Assembly: GCA_040386535.1 (NCBI GenBank)
Contig: JAZKFH010000005.1
Span: 158,298-222,297, forward strand
Reading direction: 5' to 3'
DNA length: 64,000 nucleotides
Source: Myxococcota bacterium
Lineage (GTDB): Bacteria > Myxococcota_A > UBA796 > SXON01
Of this stretch, positions 56,980 through 64,000 are shown in pieces. The notes below the pieces were generated by a model, which saw nothing but the letters and a program-made list of their open reading frames with translations, did not search any database and had not been told where the DNA came from. Each line of letters starts with the position of its first letter. The stretch's first letter is position 1. The position numbers and the translations under genes were made by a program.

Positions 56980-59142
56980 ATGGCTTCGGCTGAGCGGTTC
57001 GCGCGTCCAGCCCAATCTTACTTCGCGCGGTGGCCTCGCCTCGTGGAGGTGGCGGTCGCGCGCCTCGGGCTGTCGCGTAAGGCGAACGACGTCCTACGCC
57101 AGATCGGGCTCTCGCTGTTCGGCGTGGACGAGCGGTACCGCCTGGTCGGCGTGCCGGTCGCCGAGCGGGGGATCGCCGCCGCGGTGAATCGGGCGCCTTC
57201 GGGCGTGCACGCGGGCGTCGTGGAGCTGCTGGCGAAGGGCGTGCTGGTCCGGCGGGTGGATGGGGTGAGGCGGAACGCGTGGAGGTACCAGATCGCCCAC
57301 CCCACGCGCTGGGTGGACGCCGACGGGGGCGGGGCGCCTGCGGGCATCGAGACGCTGGCCCCCGATGTGGTTGAGGGGTGGGAGCGGCCGCTACTCCGCT
57401 TCCCGGCGCAGACGCGCGGGCGGTGCCAGGACGAGGTTGTCCCCGAGGTTGTCCACAAGGCCGAGTCCGGTGCTCACCCCGGGGTGAGCACTCATGCGCG
57501 GGCCTCTTCCGGGGTTGAAGATGATCCTGATCAGAGATCAATTTCTCTGGTTGATCGGTATTGGGTGCTGATCCGCGGAAAGCAAGCTTCGCTCGTGGAG
57601 GTTGTCGGAGCGACGCTCGATGAGTGGTACCCGGGGTGGGACAGCATCGGCATCGAGAGGGTGCAGGACGTGCCGTCGAGCGTTGCTGTGCGATTGTCGG
57701 AGGCGCTGCCGTCGAATCGGGGAGGATGGACTCCGCTGATCGTGCGGAACGCGGTGGTGAGGGCGGCAGAGCTGGCGAAGCCGCTGGCGGATGACCGGCA
57801 GGAGCGCGAGCGGCTTGAGTTGGAGCGGGAGGCCGCGGGTGCGCGGGAGCGTGGGGTGGCGGTGTTGGCGTGGTGGGAGGGGGTGCGGGAGCGGGCGGTA
57901 GCCTTCGGGAGTGACATCGCGGAGGTTGAGGCGGCGGTTCGGCGAATTCGGAAGGGAAACCTATTGGAATTGGAGGTTGCGGAGGTCCTCGTCGAGCTGG
58001 TGGAGGAGCGCATGTGGGCGGCGGCACTGAGCCCGGTGCGGTTCGCGGAGCCCGAGGTCGAGGTCGAGCCCGTCGCGGCGCTGGTCGAGGTTGTCGTGCC
58101 GGAGCCGGTGGCGATGGCGGTGCCGGGCACCCTGGGGGACGCGCGGCCGGCGCTGGCTCTGCCGCCTCGGTTCGGATCCGGCCGGCTAGGGGCCGCCCCG
58201 TCGGCCATGCGGCCGTGTGACCCCGAGGAGCTCCGGGTAAGGGCGTCCCGGCTGCTCGCCGCCCTCGACGCCGCCTTGGCGTGCGACGGAGCAGACCTTT
58301 CCGCCACGCATCGCGCCCTCGCAGGTGCCGCCGTCGATCATCTCCGGCAGCGCCTGCAATCGGGCGGGGAGCCCATGCTGGGGCACGCGGTGCGGCAGGC
58401 CGAGGGGGTGGCAACGCGACTGAGGGTGGCCGTCGCGGGGGACTCCCAGGGCACCGAGTCGACGCCACACGCCGGCGAAGATGTCGCTTTGCGCGCCGGC
58501 CCTACGCGAGACTCGTCCTGCGACATCAAGACGGCTGGGATGGTTCCGGGCGTCGGCGGTGGGGCCGGAGAGCGGGATCGGGACGTAACCTGCATGGAGC
58601 TGGGCGACGCTGCATCCGAGGGACCGATAATCGGGGCGCCTCCACGGGGAACATGTGCACGCAACGCGTGCTCCCCAGTGGGATTGTCTACGCAGCGCGG
58701 AGACGATTCAGAGGGTCCCCCGCCGGCCGGACGAACACTGACAATCAAGGGTTCGAGGTTCGACCCAGGAGCTGGGCGGGGACACCGCCGGGCCGACCTC
58801 GGCGGGCTCCGGCCTCATGTTCCCAACGGCTCGAAGGCCACCATCTGGCGTGGGATGGGGCGGCTTGCGCGGAACTGGTTCGAAACGATCCCGTGGCGGA
58901 TGACGACGATGTCCGCGTGCTCCACGCGCCGGTGGGCGGAACCGCAGGTGCCCTTCGGCGCAGCCAGCGTGACCTCGTGCCGCCTGCCGAAGCATCCGGC
59001 GGGTCCGCTCCCGCAGGTGTGGCCCCGCGCCCCGTTGACGGCCTCGACCGCCAGGCCCGGGAGCAGAAGCGACTGGCCGAAGGTGTGCCGGGTGAAGTGG
59101 TCCACGAGCAGCGTCATCACCCTGTTCAGGGCGAAGCAGTAG
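56980..59142 (+). CDS. Winged-HTH protein resembling phage/plasmid replication initiators; C-terminal third probably read-through
   Basis: N-terminal ERGIAAAVNRAPSGVHAGVVELLAKGVLVRR...YQI wHTH-like pattern. After about 58450 the ORF looks non-coding and overlaps the convergent gene by 328 bp. Confidence 0.45.
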   Translation: MASAERFARPAQSYFARWPRLVEVAVARLGLSRKANDVLRQIGLSLFGVDERYRLVGVPVAERGIAAAVNRAPSGVHAGVVELLAKGVLVRRVDGVRRNAWRYQIAHPTRWVDADGGGAPAGIETLAPDVVEGWERPLLRFPAQTRGRCQDEVVPEVVHKAESGAHPGVSTHARASSGVEDDPDQRSISLVDRYWVLIRGKQASLVEVVGATLDEWYPGWDSIGIERVQDVPSSVAVRLSEALPSNRGGWTPLIVRNAVVRAAELAKPLADDRQERERLELEREAAGARERGVAVLAWWEGVRERAVAFGSDIAEVEAAVRRIRKGNLLELEVAEVLVELVEERMWAAALSPVRFAEPEVEVEPVAALVEVVVPEPVAMAVPGTLGDARPALALPPRFGSGRLGAAPSAMRPCDPEELRVRASRLLAALDAALACDGADLSATHRALAGAAVDHLRQRLQSGGEPMLGHAVRQAEGVATRLRVAVAGDSQGTESTPHAGEDVALRAGPTRDSSCDIKTAGMVPGVGGGAGERDRDVTCMELGDAASEGPIIGAPPRGTCARNACSPVGLSTQRGDDSEGPPPAGRTLTIKGSRFDPGAGRGHRRADLGGLRPHVPNGSKATIWRGMGRLARNWFETIPWRMTTMSACSTRRWAEPQVPFGAASVTSCRLPKHPAGPLPQVWPRAPLTASTARPGSRSDWPKVCRVKWSTSSVITLFRAKQ

Positions 59143-60233
59143 TGGAAGTGGTCGCAGCCATGCGCTAGCCGTACCTTTGGTAAGCTGGGCATGCACTGAT
59201 GCAGACGGCGCGTGACGCGGCGCTCGAGGTCGCTGTCTCGCAGAGCTCGTTCTAGGGTGCTCACCCAGTCCGCGTGCCACCGCGCGAGCACCGCGTGGTC
59301 GCGCTCGCTGAAATTGTCCGCCGATAGCCAGACGTATTGCCGCTGGTACCGGTTCTCGAGCACATGAGCGAGATCTTCGAGGATGTCCATGCGCAGGTGG
59401 GCGGCGAGCTCACGGCCAGTCATGCCCGTCGCGAGCCAGAGGAACTCCTGCAGCGCGCCGTCCCCACCGCCGGACACGATCGCGGTCTTGTCACCGAGGC
59501 GGAACGCCGGATCGGCCACGGGGTCCTGTCCGTCCCAGTAGTCGAACGAGCGGAAGCCGTCGACCGGCGGGGCGGCGGCGGCTCCTCCCCACACCCGTTC
59601 CTTCCCCGGGCCGATGCACTCGATCACGAGTCCCGCAGGCTCGACGCACGTGCGCCCGGGGTGGGCGGGATCAGGCATGCGAAGGCGCCCGCGATCGTCG
59701 AACGACAGGTCGTCCACGCGGGATTTCCCCTGGATGCGGAGGTGCCCCGCTTGGCGCGCCCTGTCGCGGTGGGCCCTCCAAATGGGCATCCACTGCGTGC
59801 GCACGATGTCGTCCGCGTCGCCCGCGCTCCACCCCAAAACCGCGTTCCGGCCCCAGTCGGGCCGTGCCCAATGGTCCGCGGGCCAATCGTACACGGTCGG
59901 GTCGAGGTAGCGGCGGGTTGAGCGCTGGAGACCGAAGCACGCGAACTCTTCGTCGTGGTCGTGCAGCAGTAGCGTGCGTACGCCGCGCCGGATCGCGGTG
60001 AGCGCGGCGGTTATGCCCGCAACGCCTGCGCCGATCACTACGAGTTGCTTGTCGGGCGCCCGCCCGACAAGCTTCTCGTGAAACGCGAGCTCGACTACGG
60101 TCTGTGCGCGGACCATCTGGTCGCGCACGCTCTGCGGCCGGCTGTGCGAGATGTCCAGCCAGGGCGGCGGGGAGCCCTGCGTCGGCCATACGCGGTGCGC
60201 CGCCGGCATGGGCGCGTGAAGGCGGTGGGGCAT
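58815..60233 (-). CDS. FAD/NAD(P)-binding oxidoreductase
   Basis: Rossmann LVVIGAGVAGITAA; LQRSTRRYLDPTVYDWP; second motif VSGGGDGALQE; DIVVIRHG. Confidence 0.8.
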   Translation of the reverse strand: MPHRLHAPMPAAHRVWPTQGSPPPWLDISHSRPQSVRDQMVRAQTVVELAFHEKLVGRAPDKQLVVIGAGVAGITAALTAIRRGVRTLLLHDHDEEFACFGLQRSTRRYLDPTVYDWPADHWARPDWGRNAVLGWSAGDADDIVRTQWMPIWRAHRDRARQAGHLRIQGKSRVDDLSFDDRGRLRMPDPAHPGRTCVEPAGLVIECIGPGKERVWGGAAAAPPVDGFRSFDYWDGQDPVADPAFRLGDKTAIVSGGGDGALQEFLWLATGMTGRELAAHLRMDILEDLAHVLENRYQRQYVWLSADNFSERDHAVLARWHADWVSTLERALRDSDLERRVTRRLHQCMPSLPKVRLAHGCDHFHYCFALNRVMTLLVDHFTRHTFGQSLLLPGLAVEAVNGARGHTCGSGPAGCFGRRHEVTLAAPKGTCGSAHRRVEHADIVVIRHGIVSNQFRASRPIPRQMVAFEPLGT

Positions 60234-60240
60234 CGGAACT

Positions 60241-60789
60241 CTATGCTTCGATGAGCGTGTACTTAACGAAGCTGGCGTGCTTGTCGGGGACGACGCTCAC
60301 CGCGAACCGCCTCAGGCGACTAGCATCCACATCCTGGCGCGCCGCCACTGGCAGATCCGCGTCCACGATCACCATCGGATCGCACTCGCCCGCCGACCTT
60401 GCGGCCACCTCGACGGCCGCGGAGAGGTGTTCTCCCCCCTTCAGGCGGACGGCGAGCACGTCAAATTTGCGGAGGTCGTGCGGCTTCAACCGCTCCGCCA
60501 CCTTCTCGTCCGGCCCGAAGGGCACTACGAGCGCGCGCAGAGTCCGGAAACGCGGCGCCGTGTACGCTGGCGGGGTGATGCGCGTGAAGGGCGGGCTCCA
60601 GGAGGAGCTGGTGCCGCCCGAGGCGCCCGCCACTTCAGCCGTCACGAATCGCTCGTCCGCGCGAGAAGTTTTGCCGTCCGGAGTGCCGATGCCGGTGTCG
60701 AAAAGGGCGGATGCGACCGCCGAGCGGGATAGCACTGCGGATGCCTCCGGCCGATTTTTGGCGTTCAGGGTTCGTTCTTTCTTGTCCAT
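60241..60789 (-). CDS. Hypothetical protein (182 aa), middle gene of the operon
   Basis: ATG 2 nt after the upstream stop; stop 7 nt before the next ATG; alpha/beta-like C-terminal half. Confidence 0.65.
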   Translation of the reverse strand: MDKKERTLNAKNRPEASAVLSRSAVASALFDTGIGTPDGKTSRADERFVTAEVAGASGGTSSSWSPPFTRITPPAYTAPRFRTLRALVVPFGPDEKVAERLKPHDLRKFDVLAVRLKGGEHLSAAVEVAARSAGECDPMVIVDADLPVAARQDVDASRLRRFAVSVVPDKHASFVKYTLIEA

Positions 60790-60791
60790 CT

Positions 60792-63065
60792 CTACGCCCT
60801 GGTGGAAGGGTTCGCGAACCTTAGCATGGTATTGGAGCGCCGGAGTGTGCCCTGGGCGACGGCTCTCCACACGAGGTCCCCCGCCTCGGTCATCGCCCGG
60901 CCGGATCGGGGGACGAACTCCACGAATGCGTCGTACAGTCCGAACACCGGGAGGCAGCGCGCCTCGACCGTTTCGCCGCGGCGGAGGGTCTCGAGATCCT
61001 TAGGAAGCGCGCCGATCCGGGTCGCCCCATTGGTACGGACGCTCGCGACGATCCGGAGGTCCGCTCGCTTGCCCCACTTCACATCGTCCCAGTTGCGAGC
61101 AGGAGTAGACGCGCCAAGGGCGAGCGTCTTCGTCAAGATCTGTGTAATAGAGCGGTGTAAGCGCGTGTCCGACGTTGACAGAATGTGGCTGTGTAACGAC
61201 ATCAAGCCGGCTGAGGACTCGATTGACCACGCAATGACCAGGTTCGCCCATCCCATTCCCCGGAAGATTGCCACGGGCCGGACTCCCTTCAAGCGGCGCA
61301 CCTTGCGAGTAAGATCGAGTAAGAAAGCGCACCATTCGCTATCTTCCACCTGGAGCTCCGTCAAGGCGCAGGCATGCAGGAGGGCGTCCGGGTCAGCGCG
61401 CCACGTGGCGCGCCCGGCGCCCATCGGGGCCACCCGCTCCACCTCAAGGAGCAACCTCCGCTTGACGTAGGCGCGGACACCGCCGAGTGCGTCGTGGTCC
61501 AGCTGATCGGGCCGGCGAACGCGCGCGCCCCTGCGCAGGACGAGGGCGTCGCACGGCCCGAGCACGAGGGCGGCGATGCCGACGGCCTCGGATCCATCCG
61601 GTCGAACGAAGCGATCCAGGCTGGCCAGCAGATCGTCGGACTCGGCAGGGCTGCCCTGGCCGGCGCGGAGGTACATCGGAAGAAGCGCCCACACTTCGCC
61701 CAGCTTCACCGAGACGCCCTGCCGGGCGATCGCACACTCCACCAGCCGCTTGCCCTCCGGAAGGTCCGCCAGCACGCGCACGGCGTCCAAGGCGTACGGC
61801 GCAGTCGTTCTGTCGAGCGGCATGGCGAAGGACGCGCGCGCGGCGCTCTTCCAGAGCTGCTCGATTTCAGCCAGGATCACGGCGGCGGGTCCGACCGGAC
61901 GGTCGGGTACCCCGTGCTCCAGGACGCGCCCGACGAAGCTGGCCGTGATCTTCTGCAGCCCGCGCTGCAGGCGGGCCGAGAGCCGATCGACCTCGTTCCC
62001 GCCCGGCTCTTCAAGGCGGAGCACCCGGGCCTCGGCCGCCTCGTCAACCGCCGCGACGAGGTCCGCCAACTGGCTGTCGCCCGGGTCTGCCGAGGCGCGC
62101 ACGCGCTCGACGAGCGTGCGCAGGCGTACGTACGTGGGGACCGAGAGACGTGCGCCCGTGCGATTGAGCCACTCGTGGGTGCCCAAGAGGTAGCAGCCGA
62201 GCGCTGCGACGTAGCTCGGCCCCACGAGGTGCAGCGCGACCGCGTCCGCCAGCGTCTCGGACAATACGCGCGCCGCGAAGCCCTCCACAATTTCCAGGCG
62301 GAGCGGGCGGCCGAAGGTGTCGGCGATGCGCAGGTCGTCGAAGAGATCGACCACCAGCTCGCGTGCCTCGATGCGTTCCGCCACGAACAGCTCGTCGCGA
62401 TCGACAAAGGGGTGGCTAACCTCGTGCGCTACCACGGTGATGTACCGGAACAGGTGCATCATCCAGTATGGGGTGGTCAGGTGGTGGGTGAGGCGCCCCG
62501 ACTGGGTACGCGCGTCGTTGCGCACGTCGGAGTCGTGCGCAAAGTCGATGACCACGTCGCTCTCCGGCGGCCCGGCGAAGCCACGAGCGCGCGACCACTC
62601 CGCAAGGGCGCGCGCGCACGCCTCGGCCAGCGTGCGCACGGTCGCCGCCCCGTGGCTGTCCCCGGTCTCGAGCCGTGTCCAGTGTGTGATCATGTCGGGC
62701 GCGGACGTGTCGATGAAGGCGCGAAGCTGGTGGTGTACGACCCCGCCCTTGTGGAGCAGCTCCGCGATCTGCCGCCCGAGTTCCTCCCGCGCTTCGAAGA
62801 ACGCCTTCTCGTCAGCCGGCGGCGCCGCGGCCAGGCGGCTCGCCTCTGCGCACACCTGTTCTGTCTGGGCCAGGAGCGCGTCAAGGGTGGGGCGCACTTT
62901 GCGCGCCTCATTGGCCCCGTAGTCGGGGCCGCCCCCCACTCCGAGGTACTCGGCGAGCAGGAGATCGTGCCGCAGCGAGTTGAGGATGACCTGAGCGCAC
63001 TGCGCCACATCTGCAAAAATGAGTCGCCACAGCCGGCGCTTGGCGTGGTTGCGATGGGCTGGCAC
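60792..63065 (-). CDS. HEXXH zincin-like protein with three C-terminal Lrp/AsnC-like modules (757 aa)
   Basis: GGAGA-5nt-GTG at 63065; VAHEVSHP and ETLADAVALHLVGPSY; LGPCDALV, MGWANLVI...RSITQI, FGLYDAFV...RSNTML. Confidence 0.65.
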   Translation of the reverse strand: MPAHRNHAKRRLWRLIFADVAQCAQVILNSLRHDLLLAEYLGVGGGPDYGANEARKVRPTLDALLAQTEQVCAEASRLAAAPPADEKAFFEAREELGRQIAELLHKGGVVHHQLRAFIDTSAPDMITHWTRLETGDSHGAATVRTLAEACARALAEWSRARGFAGPPESDVVIDFAHDSDVRNDARTQSGRLTHHLTTPYWMMHLFRYITVVAHEVSHPFVDRDELFVAERIEARELVVDLFDDLRIADTFGRPLRLEIVEGFAARVLSETLADAVALHLVGPSYVAALGCYLLGTHEWLNRTGARLSVPTYVRLRTLVERVRASADPGDSQLADLVAAVDEAAEARVLRLEEPGGNEVDRLSARLQRGLQKITASFVGRVLEHGVPDRPVGPAAVILAEIEQLWKSAARASFAMPLDRTTAPYALDAVRVLADLPEGKRLVECAIARQGVSVKLGEVWALLPMYLRAGQGSPAESDDLLASLDRFVRPDGSEAVGIAALVLGPCDALVLRRGARVRRPDQLDHDALGGVRAYVKRRLLLEVERVAPMGAGRATWRADPDALLHACALTELQVEDSEWCAFLLDLTRKVRRLKGVRPVAIFRGMGWANLVIAWSIESSAGLMSLHSHILSTSDTRLHRSITQILTKTLALGASTPARNWDDVKWGKRADLRIVASVRTNGATRIGALPKDLETLRRGETVEARCLPVFGLYDAFVEFVPRSGRAMTEAGDLVWRAVAQGTLRRSNTMLRFANPSTRA

Positions 63066-63329
63066 GCGAGTCTCCGGGGCCAGCCGCCTTATCGCATCCG
63101 CGCGGAAACGTCGCGACAGATGCCGGGACAAAGCACGCACAGGGCCGCATCGAAGGCGGCGAGCGCCCCAGCTAGCCACGTTGGAGGAGATCGAGCTTGA
63201 TGGCTGGGAGAGGGGTGTCGATGAACGTCGCGAGAGGACTGGCTGCACAGGGCGTCGGAGGTGCTCGTGCGGTGGCAGCGCGTGGTGGAGGGCACACTGG
63301 CATGGGTCCGGACGACGCAGAGGCCGGGG

Positions 63330-63860
63330 CACATCTGCCGGCCGCGCTCCTCGACTGGCAACGTTGCCGCAATGGCGGCCAGATCGCTGCCAACCGCGTC
63401 GACGAACGCCTGCATCAGCGGGCGAGATAGGTCGGCCACCCGCGCCTACTTGTTGATCCGGTCGTCGAACGGCACGGTGGCGGCGAGCGAGAGCAGCTCG
63501 GTCTCGTCTACGCCCCGGGCTTTCACCATGCTCGCCCTTTCGGATGAACCAAGTGTATTCCGCACTTTCCTCATGAGGGACTTGCGTGCGCGATAGGGTC
63601 GGCTCTGCCCCCGGGCGCCCACAGCACGAGAATGTGCCGGCCGTCGATCACGTAGGGGACGACGTTCGGATGGTACGGCGGCTGGATCGCGCTCTGCCCG
63701 AGGTTCAGGATTTCCTTCTGGATGCGGTCGAGGCTCTCGGCGGCGAGGCCGACCGGAGGGAGCACGGGCTGCCCGTCATCCTCGGCCATCCCCACGACGA
63801 GGCAGCGGCCGCCGAGGTTGTGGAAGTCGTTCGCGAAGGCGCACAACATGTGCAAGGGTC
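63330..63860 (-). pseudogene. Decayed AlbA_2 (Schlafen-like) domain / ATP-binding protein gene
   Basis: CAFANDFHNLGG...GQPVLPPVGL...LVLWAPGG, a frameshift to RPY, EYTWFIRKG in another frame, then ETELLSLAATVPFDDRINK-stop-ARVADLSRPLMQAF...GSDL...GRQM, after which the similarity ends. Confidence 0.75.
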
Positions 63861-64000
63861 TTTGACGGCGAAGCCATGCGCGGATGCACGCCCAGCCGCC
63901 TCAGGCCGAGGCCCCGACGATCAACGATCCGGACGAGGGTGCCACGAACAATCGCGGGAGTCGCAGCACCTCTACACCGCCTCCCGCCACCCCGATCTCA

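Larger units (their letters stand above)
56769..64000. mobile_element. Integrated element / genomic island (partial; continues past the window end)
   Basis: att fragment at the left edge, visibly less biased codon usage, replication-like gene, pseudogene and orphan cargo. No integrase within the window. Confidence 0.65.

Noticed and set aside
63066..63439. 846-aa version of the HEXXH ORF and a separate 116-aa ORF at 63089-63439
   Set aside because: The extension lacks an SD and looks non-coding. The start of the 116-aa ORF is the post-stop remainder of the AlbA_2 pseudogene.

Overview
High-GC bacterial chromosome segment. The gene content (Hanks kinase, DT-repeat lipoproteins, TSP3/FG-GAP/VWA/Cys-rich proteins, many hybrid kinases) suggests Myxococcota; this is inference. 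1-56.6 kb is a signalling, stress and glucan-metabolism region. It holds a poly-HAMP sensor (partial), two REC-REC-J-like regulators flanking a GAF protein, three paralogous beta-helix/hydrolase-fold lipoproteins with Asp-Thr stalks, an FG-GAP lipoprotein and a DUF4398-OmpA pair. It also holds a cyclic beta-1,2-glucan synthase followed by a GAF-PP2C phosphatase, several two-component genes, a KaiC-like ATPase coupled to a degenerate hybrid kinase, and a CotH-like kinase with an internal domain insertion. Further right are a translationally coupled operon (DUF3131-like, PilZ-less cellulose-synthase-like GT2, STAS, RsbW-like, beta-barrel) facing a GH6 glucanase, then glgP, csbD and a TSP3 protein. 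At 56769-56791 a lone tmRNA-type 3' end plus terminator marks the edge of an integrated element that runs past the window end. The element carries a replication-initiator-like gene with an ori-like internal segment, a decayed AlbA_2 gene, and a compact three-gene operon (HEXXH protein with tandem Lrp/AsnC-like modules, an unknown protein, an FAD oxidoreductase). That operon and the glucan-synthase/partner-switch operon are the best candidates for undescribed systems. All family calls come from motif recognition by eye; no searches were run.
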